This document shows, piece after piece, positions 28,926 through 41,830 of a stretch of 64,000 bases of DNA. The notes below the pieces were generated by a model. It was not told the DNA's origin. It saw only the letters and a program-made list of their open reading frames with translations, and ran no database searches. The position numbers and the translations under genes are program-made. Numbering within the stretch: the first letter of the stretch is position 1; each line of letters opens with the position of its first letter. Source of the DNA: Eledone cirrhosa (taxonomy: Eukaryota); contig OZ024740.1 of NCBI GenBank assembly GCA_964016885.1, positions 145,142,001 through 145,206,000 of the forward strand. The letters are read 5' to 3'.

Positions 28926-29909
28926 ATTATTTACTTTTGAAATATTCTGCCAAATGAAAAAGAAAGCTGTAAAAATGGATGTAAAGAGAAAAGAATGTTT
29001 TATCAATTTTTAAACTTTTATTATTTTTCTTTTTTCTTTCTTTCTTATAATTATTTTTTTTACACTTGAACTGAGCCATTAGAAATTAATTACTGACAAT
29101 TCTAAACAGGTTTGAAATTGCAGTTATCTCCTTTAATAGTAGTAAAAAGTGTTTTTTTTTTCTTCACTTTTTTTCTTTGGAAATATTTGTTTTTTTTCCT
29201 AAAATCTAATATCGATAAATTAATTTTTAAACAATGCTTTGTTAATCTCGAAATATAAATATCAGAAGGCAAAGGCTTGATAATTTGAGTTGCTCCATAT
29301 TTTAATATTTTTTCTAGATCATACAGTTCAGTGAATTTGTAAAACTTTATATTTCAAATAGTATTAGTTATGCACTGCTTCTTTTCTCTTCAGCCTGCCT
29401 TTTATACTACAACGTTTATTGTAGATAAAAAAAGGCAAAAAAAAAAAAGAAAAATTATTTCGTAGTTTAGAATATGCTAAATTTGTTCACAAAAGTGATT
29501 GAGAGGTTTTTAAAAAACTATCTGGTTATTTGCTAACAACATGGTGCCCAAGAATGGACGAATATGTCTACAGTTTTTGATTATATATATATATATATAC
29601 TCTCAAGGCTTTTCTGTATGCTTAAAAGATGGCATGGCTATATCTGTGTTTCTGTATATGGATGAATGCTTATACATTGAATGAGTAAGCTTGCATGCAA
29701 CTTTCTGTAAATGAATTGTTGGAATCCAAAATATTCTCATTTTTTTCTTTCTTACACAGTATATAATTCTTTTTTAATTTTTTCCTCTATATTTTCAATA
29801 AAAACTGCTAATCCATGAACTGTTATATATTTAATGTGTGCCTGTTTTAAAAGTTGTTCTTAATTTATGGGTAGACATATTCATACAGATAAATGCCTTT
29901 ATGTATGTG

Positions 29910-29986
<77 letters not shown>

Positions 29987-30601
29987 TACACACACACACA
30001 CACACACATGATGAACAAGGATAATACCACATTATTTCTTTGAAGAAGCTTAGTGAACTATTGTATTGACTTGCTGTGCTGAAATATCAAGGATGCATTG
30101 TAAAACAAAATTGCTAAACACACACACACACACACACGTATATATATATGTATGTATATATAAATGTTGTGTGTATGAATGTATGGAAACATTTCCTATT
30201 TATATTTCAGTGCCTCCCTGTATTTAATCTTTTTTGTGTCTGTCTCTGCATATAATTCTTCTTCTCAGTCTTTCTTTTCCTTTCTTTAACTCTGTGTCCA
30301 TGCGAACTCTGTGTTCACCCTCTCACTCTCTCTCTCTCTCTCTCAATCCATTCCATTCCATTCTATTTCAGCATGGAAAAGGATTCTTGGCCTAACGTCT
30401 TGTCTTCTCTGATGCTTGTATCTCTCAAGTTCTTTGGCTGAAGAATTATCTGCTGATTTCTGCTTCCATTCCACTCAACATGGCAGCAATGACGGCAGTC
30501 TCAGCAACAGATACTCACCACCCCTTCCCACCCTTCACTTTCTCTTCTTAATGTTACAATTTTCCCTTCTAGTTGTTGACATTTCCACATTCCAGAAACT
30601 C

Positions 30602-30647
<46 letters not shown>

Positions 30648-30871
30648 TAACATATATTTGTGTGTGATTTTAAATATTCCATATATTTCACCCCCAAAAT
30701 AAAGAAAAAATATATAAGGGGTTTATCATCTCATTTCACCCTGCAGCCTATTACTGAGCATAATCTACATCTCTTATCCAAAAGTTTTATATGAAACAAA
30801 GAAGAAAAATGTATTGTCCAAAGTGTTTCGTTATGTTGAAAATCAATTTGCTTCTAAATGTATTCATATGA

Positions 30872-30912
<41 letters not shown>

Positions 30913-31189
30913 CACATATATATGTATATAGGGAACAACCTTTCTTTTAGATGTGTTTTTAAAAACATGACTGTGTTTGAGTTTTAACCTATCTATTAGA
31001 TATTTTCTCATATTTTCTTTTAAGACATTTGGAGCTCATAAATCTATAATTTAATCCACAAGAGTAGATTGTTCTCATTCCATTGTCACAAATGCGTGTT
31101 GAACAGTGAAGATATAAGATTTGGAATAGCACTGGAAGGCAAGACAACTAAAAAAAGCAGTTTGGCAACCTTCTCAGTAAGCTTAGCAT

Positions 31190-31393
31190 AAAAATGAGTG
31201 CCACATGGGAGGAGCCTCTAATTAAGAAAGAAAGGACATGAAGCCTATGACTGTGAAAAAATGAGTGCCACATGGGAGGAGCCTCTAATTAAGAAAGAAA
31301 GGACATGAAGCCTATGACTGTGAAAAAATGAGTGCCACATGGGAGGAGCCTCTAATTAAGAAAGAAAGGACATGAAGCCTATGACTGTGAAAA
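31190..31393. repeat. Three identical 67-bp tandem repeats
   Basis: atgagtgccacatgggagg starts at 31194, 31261 and 31328. Confidence 0.97.
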
Positions 31394-33311
31394 AAATAAA
31401 TACAAGTTATGTATAAAATTCTAATTTTCATCACTTAATTGTCTTTCAAAAATGTTCGGTAGTGATTATAAGCATTAAGTGTTGTGGTTTACTTGGAAGA
31501 CATAAGTTCAATTTCTAGTTTAGTCAATGAATATATACTTTATTTGAAGCAAAACAAGCAGGTGGCATTACATCATCATTTTTATGTATGCTTTCCATGC
31601 TGGTATGCATGGATTGGACAGGTTGTCATAGTCCACGACCAGACATGTCAAACAATCTCTTCTTGCTTGTGTGTTCCATATTTGGTATACCCTTCCTAAT
31701 CCCAAACACATTATAGAGTGTACGGAGTGCATTTTTTTGTGGAACCAGCACTAATGCTTTACAGCACTAAAGGGGTTCTCACAGGCTTGTCCAAACTGAT
31801 GAGTCTTCTCAGACCCTATACTGGCTTCGTTCAATCGTGAAACATTGTCGCCTCCAGTTTCTCACCACATTTAATTGCTAAATGCTAGAATAACAAATTT
31901 AAGTATATACCTGGTGTAGACAATTGAATGAGAACAATCTATTACTGTTGATTAATTAAAGGGTTTAGGTTAAAATTCTAAGAATGATATCAAATATGAC
32001 AGGCACCTGAAGAAGGCTGGAAGGTCCGCTGGCTGAAACATAACTATAAAAACTAAGATGAAGACACTAGTATAAATATATCACAGTATAATTTGCTATT
32101 AGTCCTCTATATTTAGGTTAAGGTGGCAAATTAGCAGTGTCATTAGATCATTGGATAAAATGCTTTGTTGCATTTGTTCTGGTTCTCTGCACTCTGAATT
32201 CAAATCCCACCAAAATCAACTTTGCCTTTCATCCTTTCAAAGAACCAGTTCAGTAATTGAGTCAATTCTTCCTCAATATCTTTTTCTCACTTAATCTCTC
32301 TTCCTACCTCACTCTAGAAGTAATTGGTTATTGGACTTGGAGAATGATGGACTCCACCATGTTTAAGTGCCCATATTACATGTATGTGTCAAGACAATAC
32401 CCCTATAAATCCATGAGGATTAAAGGGCCTAATGTTAAGGTTGCAACAATAATGTTCTTAAGTCCATTAACTTTTCAAGACCACCTCGGTCACATTTTCT
32501 GAAAGAAATAATGACAGTAATATATTGCTGCATATTGTAGTAGATGAGACCGAGAAAGCCTTGAAATTTTAATGGATGTAGGAACATTATTGTCCCAACC
32601 TAAATATAAAGGACTAATAATAAAACATGAAAAATATTTAATAAAAAGATTTAATTTAAATGCAGTTGTGTTTTTAAAATAATATGTAGGAAAGAAAAAG
32701 TGTTCTCTCTATATACAAATATATATGTGTGTTTGTGTATATATATGTGTGTGTATGTAATCATCATCACTTGCAGGAATGTATGCAAACACACACACAC
32801 ATATATAAACATAAACCATTGCCTCTAATCATATATTTCTGTGTGTACAGGTCTTGTTTCATATATTTCATACCATTTAGATGTGACATGATATTGATTT
32901 GAAATAGCTGAGATTTAACTCCCAATTCTTGATCTGTTTTTGGTCTTCACCCATTTGTTTGTATTATTATTCTTTCTCATTTTTCTATCTATGAAATAAT
33001 TTGATATAATCTATGTCAACTTTAAATAAGGCTATTTCCTTATTATTACTTGATTTATTTTTGAAACTATTTCTTTGATGAGTATGAAACACCAAAGTAC
33101 ATATTTTATTCTTGTAAGGAATACATTCATGATTGTAACAGCTGTTCAGATTTATGTTGATGATGATTCATATGTAATTAAGATATTTAAGGCTGAACTA
33201 GCTGAACATTTCCTTCTCATCTACTGTGCTCTTACTCTTAGTTAGCAGTGGAAACATTTAAAAAGGCAACATTTCTCTTCCATATTTATTTTGTCTTTTT
33301 ATCTATGTTAG

Positions 33312-33338
33312 GTGGAACTGGAAGTCAGGAAAATACTG
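33312..33338 (+). other. Candidate 27-nt microexon, followed by a 79-nt intron and an acceptor before 33418
   Basis: Pyrimidine tract-TAG|gtggaactggaagtcaggaaaatactg|GTAAGA; downstream ttctaat branch-like site and ccttcttctcAG. Confidence 0.45.
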
Positions 33339-33949
33339 GTAAGATAGAACAATTAGGGCAACAGGCTACTTTTGTTACATAGTAACTTCTAATATCTATG
33401 TGTTACCTTCTTCTCAGAGACCTTATGAAGATCATTGCTGTCACTGATGCTGCTATTACCCTCATTGCAGCTACTGTTGCAGTAGCAGTACTGCTAAACT
33501 TCTCCCTTTGAAGACCTGTCCTTGTATTTCAGTACACAACGATGCAGACAGAAAAGCACTGGGACCCTTTGCTGCCAGTTATATGTGAAGTTGTGCCGTC
33601 ACCATCACCACCACCACCACCACCAATATCAACAACACCACCACCAACTCCACCACCTCCGCCGCCACCACCGCCACCAATACCAATCCCTTTACCCAAT
33701 CCCTAGCCAGAACCAGTGGTCAGCCAGGTTTGAAGGGAAAGGGGTAGACTTTTCCTACACATTTCTCTTCCTTTCTAATGCCTATAATATATATATATAT
33801 GACAGACAGACACAAGCACATACATACACAGTCCCCAACTTAATTGGTAACTTCAGTTCTAAGTTGAATCTTTATTTTTAGTGATTTTACAAGATTTTCT
33901 TAAGAAGGCATTTCTGTTTCATACTTAATAAGGCTTATCATTAATATAA

Positions 33950-34170
33950 CTTCATCAGGTATCAAGATATTTTATATAATACAGTAACTTTCATCAGATA
34001 TTAAGGGCATTTAAAATAAAATGCTAACATTCATTAGATATGAAGGGCATTTATAACAGGCTAACTTTCATCAGATACCAAGGGCATTTTATAACACTAA
34101 TTTCATCATCTATGAAGCTATAAAACATTATTCATTATTTAAACATGTTTTCATCAGATATTTCATCAGT
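33950..34170. repeat. Degenerate ~36-40-bp tandem repeat (aactttcatcagata..aagggcattt)
   Basis: Four to five recognisable units. Confidence 0.7.
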
Positions 34171-34957
34171 TCACCAATCATTATTTAATTATTTGTACTG
34201 TATATCCAGGGAATTTAACATTCTAACCTTCATTAATGTCAGGGACTGTTTGTGTATATGTTGGTGTATTTTGCTGTGTTGTATCTTCATTTATGACTAA
34301 GTGTGTATGTGTGTGTGTGAGTGTGTGAATGTGTTAAAATACACATATGTATCTATACACATACACTGAATGTCAGCTATTTATACCTATATTGTGATGG
34401 TAAATCACATGATCATGATTCCTGTAATCTTTACTTTTAAAAATCAAAACAAAACAAAACAAAACAAATTTAATGTGTACAATGCATACAATTCCTTTTA
34501 GTTGAAATTGAATCCTTCAGCCTTCAAGTAAAAAAAAATATGTTCAGTTAAAGGAACTGTTACTGCCTGGAGATTACACTGGCTGAAATAACATTATATA
34601 TCTCCTGAAATAAGGGTAATGATCTACTGAACATTTTCTATTCAAGCCATAGATGCTCCAGAAATATCACACACACACACACACGCACAGAGAGAGAGAT
34701 GTGGATACAAACAAAAGAAAAGAGCAATCAAAACATAATGAGAAAGCTGTGTATGTATGTATATATACAGTTTGACTGACCTCTGCATTACCAGCAATTT
34801 CAAGATGGAAATACATCTAAATCATCATGGTGTAGAGTTAAGTCAAGCTATTAACACACACACATTATTCGCATGAATTTGTCTGTATGCTTGACATTGT
34901 ATGTTGTAGTGATTTTAATCATCCTTTATTTCCATATATATATATGTATATATATAT

Positions 34958-35305
34958 AAATAATAATGAAATTATTGTGTACAGTGCTCAGGTGCACTAC
35001 AACTCATCAAAGGTGCATGTATAGTACATAGAATAATATACAAATGTCAGGGAAGTGAATGGTGTATGAGTCATGATATACATGTGTGTATGTGTATGGA
35101 GGGGGAACATTAGGTGTAGTGTTGGCGAATCTCGGGAAGCACGGAGGTTTTAAAGGATGCAGTGTCTCGACAGTTAATAACTGATGCAAGTAGTTTGTTC
35201 CATGCTTCAGCAACTCTGAGCGTGAAAAAATGTTTCCGAAAGTCATGGGAACTGTACTGTTTTCTGACTTTGTGGGCATGTCCACATGTGTTAGACACAT
35301 GGAAA
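34958..35305 (-). mobile_element. CR1 LINE 3' fragment
   Basis: Encodes SNTCGHAHKVRKQYSSHDFRKHFFTLRVAEAWNKL..FK (CR1 ORF2 end) plus 3' UTR and (ATT)n tail; very similar to 53640-53988. Confidence 0.88.
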
Positions 35306-35556
35306 TCAAAAATGTGTGTGTGTGTGTGTGTGTACATATATTGGAAGGAGTATATTTCATTGATCATTTGCAATACATGATTCAGTAACATAATTTTCAT
35401 GATTTCATTCCATGCTGCCAATGTTTACCTCTCAATATTTTTGTTGCTGCTGCTACTACTACTATTACTACTACCACTACATCATTTCCTTATTCTAACT
35501 CTTTCACTTTCAGTATATATGTATGTTTGTGTGCATATATATATTGCCTGTGTATG

Positions 35557-35597
<41 letters not shown>

Positions 35598-36306
35598 GTA
35601 TGAATGTATATATGTATATACATGAATATATTTGTGTGTGAGTGAGTGTATGTATGTATATATATAAATATATTTGTGCATATGTGTGTGTGTATATAAA
35701 TTCATACTGTCAATGATTGAGTATAATGATTTACAAATAGTTGTCTGTTTGGTGCCAAACCATTTTAGCATGGAGAGTGTATGTTGTTGAAGTCATGTGA
35801 ATGAAACTGACTGAAATTTAAAAAAAAAAGTATCATCTAGAATTGAGAGACTGTTGTTAAATATGAAAAACCACTTTTACTATTATTACTGTTGTTGTTG
35901 TTGTTGTTCTGTGCATGTATGAACAGCATAGTGATGTTTTTTCCTCCATCTCTCTTCTTTCTCATTTTTCTTAATCCTGTTCTCTCTTTTTATTTTATTT
36001 TAAGTTTGTATTTTTCTATTTGAAATATTGTTCAAGATATTCAGTTTGGTTATTAAATAAACAAAACAACCTGAAGAAACAGAATTATGTACCAGATTGC
36101 TATTCTACTAAAAAAAATTATATGCATTCCTGAACATAATTGTTTTGTAGTATTTTCTTGTTTTATTTCTGAACATTTTTTTAAACAAATCAAAAACAAA
36201 ATGCTAAATAAAAAAAATAATAATAAAAAACAGTTTTGTTTTCAACAAGCCGAATTTTAATGGTGTAACTAAACTTACATCTACATGTACTGGTAGCTGT
36301 GTAGAT

Positions 36307-36438
<132 letters not shown>

Positions 36439-39049
36439 GTGGATGTTAATATATTTAGATAGTGAGTTGAGTTAGAAATTCAATTTAAGGAGATTTTATT
36501 ATTATGTGCAATTGTTTGTCAAGAATAATAAAGTTGTTGCATTTATCATTTAAACAAAAGATTTTCTACTTCTGCCTGATATAAAGTTGAGGATATTCCT
36601 CTGGGAGATATGAGTGGCTTATACGGAAAACAGATCTTGTTTCGTCAGATAGAATCTGAGTTTTCATACTATTTTTATTGTGGATTTCCAGTGTGACCTT
36701 TCATTCTTTAAAACATTATTACCATGCTACATTATTACCATGTAGAAAGTTAAACTGGCATAAATTCATTTTAAAAAATATTAAAATTGATCATCTCTGC
36801 AATTAATTATACCAAAGAAAGTAACTTGTTACAGTTCTCAATACTAACCAAATGAGGTTTCACAAAAACTTCCCAACCTAATAATGGATTGATTTTTTAA
36901 ATTGGTAATTGCATGTATACAACTATAAACTGCTCCTACTTACCATTCTGAAGACAGTTTTTAGACTTAGTGTTATCTTTGGGAGATTTACTTTTGATAA
37001 ATTATATATGCATACAAATCAGTATTAATCATATCTACACAGTATATAGGATGAAGGAAGAGTGAGGAAAACTTGGAAATAAACCAGAAAATAACCTACA
37101 AATTCTTATCTAATGAAGAAAATTATTTCAGGTATTACTTTTTAAAAAATTTTTTTACTTGATTTCTTCTGGGTTAAAACAAGTTTTCAGAACACAGAAT
37201 TCTATTCTTAAATACATTCAGGATCAAATTAGGACAAAAAATAATATGTGCCCTTTATAAATTTAATTGTATCACAGTTTTTATTTTGTTTTTATTGAAC
37301 AAAATTTAATGATTTTTATTGTTATTTGATTGGTGTCCCTAGTGTGTGTGTTATGTAAATAATATTTTAACTGCCATTTTCTTCAGTTTTTTTTTTCTTT
37401 TTGCTTTGATGTTGTTATAATAATTAACAGTATCAAAGGGAAGGACTTGAAGATAACTGAATAAATGGGCTGAGATTTTTATCATTTACATATAACACAA
37501 ACCTAATTTCTGAGACCAACCAGAGATCAACAGAAGTCATGCAAATAAAATTTTTAACTTTTAACTTATCATTATTCCATTAACCATTGCACAAGGTCAT
37601 ATGATAAGATGATCATAACAACTTGTATGTTAATGTATCTGTACATTACTTAGCACAAATTCTCAAAATAACAATTTAGTCCATTGTTTCTGTTTTCAAC
37701 AGTATCCATACTTTCTTTAACCTTCCATATATCTATCTTAAAACCACCATGGCTGATGTAAGCATAATTTTTCATAGATTTAAAAAAAATATATTATATT
37801 ATTTTTATTTGTTTTTATTATGGGAAACCTTTTTTATTTATTTATCAGCTATTTTAAAGGAAATTTTATCTCAAAATGTCACAATTCTGACTATCTAAAC
37901 TATGTATTCATCATGTACTATATAAACTGTATTGATCCTGGAAAATTTAGATCACTCAGAGATAAACACTTTTGAAAAAAAGTAATCTTTGTTATATTTT
38001 CATATATTTGTTTTGTCTTTTAGTATTTGTATTTCTTTTAAAGAATTTTAGCCCTTTCTGAGATATTGAAATATACTGTTAATGTTTCAATTAATTTTGA
38101 AAATAATTAAAATTAGGAGTGATTTAGTAAAATAACTACTTTTTTACAATTATTAATCCAGTGTTCAGAGCTTAACATAAAAAAAAGAAAATCTTAAATC
38201 AAATTATGATGAAAGGCATTAATTGAAATACAAATACTTCAAAATGGTGTGTTTTTTTAAATAGGGCTGGCTTAATCTCACACAGGTTTGGATCATCATC
38301 ACTGTTTAATGTTTAATTTCATGCTAACATGGGTTAGACAGTTGTTGCATGCTGAGGTCAGACTGGTCAGGTGTTTAGGTCCTGCTGTTATACTTTGATT
38401 TGGCTTGGTTTCTATAACTGGATAACTTCCTAACACTAGCCACTTTACAGCATGTACTGAGAGCATGGCTTCTATGGCTGGATGCCATTCCTAATGCCAA
38501 CTGCTTTATAATGTGTACTGGCAGCATTTTATCATGATTCCGACACTACCATCTTACAGAATCTTGCAAGGTGATTCTGTAGTGGCAGCAGTACTAGGGT
38601 GTTTAGTATATATGGTTCTGTGAGAGGGGCATTTATATACTGCTTGTAGCATGTGGTTAGGTGAGTGGTGTCCATCATTTTGAGGGTGGGTCAAGCTTTC
38701 CTGGGTTGGGAGAGTGTTGAGGGTACAAGGGTTCAGCAGGGAAGGTGAATCAAAGGGATTAAAAGACAATAAATATTTCCCTTCAGTCAGAATAAGTAAA
38801 GATGGTTGTTAGTGTTAACTTGTATGGTGAGCATTGATTGATCCCTACTCAAGGAATTAGTCTGTCTCAGGGATATCTTCTATGACAATTGTGAATTAAT
38901 CAGTCAGTTTATCATCTATGGAGTAGTGTTCCACATTTAGAACATTGTTGCTGCTAAATATAGACATCCTATACCCCCCCCCCCCCCCCACACACACACA
39001 AAAAGACCACCCAACTGATTACATGAAGCTGTTTGCCAACTCACTTCAG

Positions 39050-39290
39050 CCATGATTGATAGGCATGCTGTCTCTTCATCCTGCCTTTTCTACTGTTGCC
39101 TTTGCTCTTTGGAGCTTGCTTGTCTTGTGCCACCTCAGTTCAGATGCTCCTGATTCACCCCCCCCCCCCCGTGCCTATTCTCTTGGGCTCTGCACTAACC
39201 ACTATACCCAATCCTTCTTTTCCACCATATCAGTCATTTGGAAGCTGCCAATTATCAACTGTTCTAGAGAAACATTCACTACATCAATCT
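39050..39290 (+). mobile_element. Decayed L2/CR1-group LINE ORF2 3' fragment
   Basis: Broken translation RHAVSSSCLFY..CSLEL..CTNHYTQSFF..WKLP resembles the ORF2 C-terminus of these clades. Confidence 0.45.
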
Positions 39291-39640
39291 CTCTGGTCTC
39301 AGAGGGCTATAGGTGCACCCCCACCCCCACCCAAATGCTAAATAAATAATGAGTGCTGTAAGTATAAACAACAAGAATTCAATGAGCTGAATTCTTGGCT
39401 TGATTTTATTGCATTAGTTTGAATCACAAGACTTCAACCACATTACCAAAGCCCATGGAATGGCATAAATATCACAATTTTCTCTTTTCCCTTCCATTAC
39501 ATTTCAAGACAAAAAAAAAGCCATTTCTTACAAGACTTAAATTATAGTGTATTAATGGTATTGTTTTTATTGGCTTTTAAATTGATGAAAGACAAAATAA
39601 AAAATAACAGGTGTATTATCATCATAGTCCTCTTTCAGAT

Positions 39641-39900
39641 GTGAAGGCACATGGCTTAGTGGTTAGAGCATTGGGCTTGCAATCGGAAGGTTGTGAGTTT
39701 GATTCTCGGACTGGGTGATGCATTGTGTCCTTGAGCAAGACACTTTATTTCACATTGCTCCAGATTACTCAGCTGTAGAAATGAGTTGCAATGTCATTGG
39801 TGTCAAGCTGTATCGGCCATTGCCTTTCCCTTGGACATCATCAGTAGCGTGGAGAGGGGAGGCTGGTATGCATGGGCGACTGCCGGTTTTCACCTAAAAA
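39641..39900 (+). mobile_element. tRNA-derived SINE (second family)
   Basis: A-box tggcttagtggttagagc, B-box-like gagtttgattctc, central ttgtgtccttgagcaagacactt. Confidence 0.85.
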
Positions 39901-39931
39901 ATTCCTCTCTAAGGTACAAGACTAAGAAAGT

Positions 39932-40140
39932 CACTCATGCATACCAGTCTCCCCTCTCCACACCACAGGTGTTGTCCAAGGGAAAGGCAAGGATGATACA
40001 GCTTGGCACCTGTGACATTGCAACTCATTCCTCCAGATGAGTGAACTGGAGCAATGCAAAACAAAGCAACTTGCTCAAGATACACTGCCTGGTCTGGGAA
40101 TTGAACTCAACACTTTAACCATTCAGCCGTGTTCCTTCAC
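39932..40140 (-). mobile_element. Same SINE family, inverted, tail-to-tail with 39641-39900; related minus copies at ~40430-40665 and 41915-42090
   Basis: Reverse-complement matches such as catgcataccag.ctcccctctccac, gtccaagggaaaggcaa, gatacagcttg.cacc, ccttcac. Confidence 0.85.
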
Positions 40141-41109
40141 TAATAGGTGTTTATAATTTCAAATGGTATGCTACTGGGGTTGACAGCTAGACAATTGAAA
40201 TAATAAAGATATGAAGGTTAGGAAAGCAGCTGAACCATCAGGGATAGCCACTGAGATGGTAAAAATATTCAGTGAAGTTGGATATGTGTTAGTTACTGAC
40301 ATAGGTGAATAACAGGAAGGTGACATACCTAATTGTTGGTGTAGCAGCATCATCATCAATGGCTGCAAGGGCAAATAAAATACTCTAGAATGAAGTATGT
40401 TAGACCTCAAATCAGTTCGATAATGCATGTTTCAGTTGTTTAGCCAATGGAACAGCCTGCTCATGAAATTAACCTGCAAGTGGTTGAGCATTCCACTGAA
40501 ATATACCTCCATAATGTAATCCTCAGGGAGATTCAGTGTGACAAGGCTCCTTTTAATTGTAGGTACATGAAATAAAGTGTCTTGCTCAATGACACAATGT
40601 GCTACTAGGAATAGAGCTCTCAACCTTACAATCATAATATGAACACTCCAAGCCATATGCCTTTACAGAAAAAAGTAACTCTAAAGGATAACACCACAGC
40701 TCTCTTTCTAGTGAGACAATTACAGAAGTTCTTATCTAAAAGTAAGCTACTATATTTAGTATTTTAAAAGGATGTCTATATTATTAGTCAACACTATCAG
40801 ATCTCATGTCTCTATTATTAGTCAACACTATCAGACTGCCTGTATTATCGGATCAGATCTGATGCCTGTATTATTAATCAACACTAACAGACTGCCTGTA
40901 GTATCGGATCTGATCCTGCATCCAATCTGATGTCTGTATTATTAGGCAACACTATCAGACTACCTGTATTTTTAGTCAACACTATTAGACTGCTTGTATT
41001 ATCAGAGTTTATCTGGCATGGGATCTGATTTGGAACCGGATCCAATCTGGCATCAGATCTCATGTCTCTATTATTAGTCAACACTATCAGACTTTCTGTA
41101 TTTTTGGAT

Positions 41110-41830
41110 CTGATCTGATGTCTGTATTATTAGTCAGCAGTATCAAACAGCCTCTATTATCAGATCTGATGTCTGTATTATTAGTCAGCAGTATCAAACT
41201 GCCTCTATTATCAGATCTGATGTCTGTATTATTAGTCAGCAGTATCAAACTGCCTCTATTATCAGATCTGATGTCTGTATTATTAGTCAGCAGTATCAAA
41301 CTGCCTCTATTATCAGATCTGATGTCTGTATTATTAGTCAGCAGTATCAAACTGCCTCTATTATCAGATCTGATGTCTGTATTATTAGTCAGCAGTATCA
41401 AACAGCCTCTATTATCAGATCTGATGTCTGTATTATTAGTCAGCAGTATCAAACAGCCTCTATTATCAGATCTGATGTCTGTATTATTAGTCAGCAGTAT
41501 CAAACTGCCTCTATTATCAGATCTGATGTCTGTATTATTAGTCAGCAGTATCAAACTGCCTCTATTATCAGATCTGATGTCTGTATTATTAGTCAGCAGT
41601 ATCAAACAGCCTCTATTATCAGATCTGATGTCTGTATTATTAGTCAGCAGTATCAAACAGCCTCTATTATCAGATCTGATGTCTGTATTATTAGTCAGCA
41701 GTATCAAACTGCCTCTATTATCAGATCTGATGTCTGTATTATTAGTCAGCAGTATCAAACTGCCTGTATTATCAGATCTGATGTCTGTATTATTCATCAA
41801 CACTATCTGACTGCCTCTATTATCAGATCT
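41110..41830. repeat. 51-bp minisatellite, about 14 near-identical units, with degenerate flanks from ~40770 to ~41900
   Basis: Unit tcagatctgatgtctgtattattagtcagcagtatcaaac(a/t)gcctctatta; 17-aa periodic ORFs on both strands. Confidence 0.97.

Noticed and set aside
31796-31855. CTGATGA-GTCT-tctc-AGAC...GAAACATTGTC as a hammerhead
   Set aside because: 24 unpaired nt separate the stem from GAAA, and there is no stem I
33522-33881. His-rich ORF
   Set aside because: Derived from a (CAC/CCA)n microsatellite; no domain or splice support
33950-34170. Repeated CTGATGA on the minus strand as a ribozyme array
   Set aside because: Tandem repeat units lack a stem II and a separate downstream GAAA-stem III
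39641-39720. tRNA gene
   Set aside because: A/B boxes run into a SINE body, there is no acceptor stem, and related copies are nearby
41087-41810. 238-aa and 230-aa repeat-protein (LRR-like) ORFs
   Set aside because: Product of a 51-bp minisatellite; no synonymous-site variation pattern, splice context or unique flanking coding sequence
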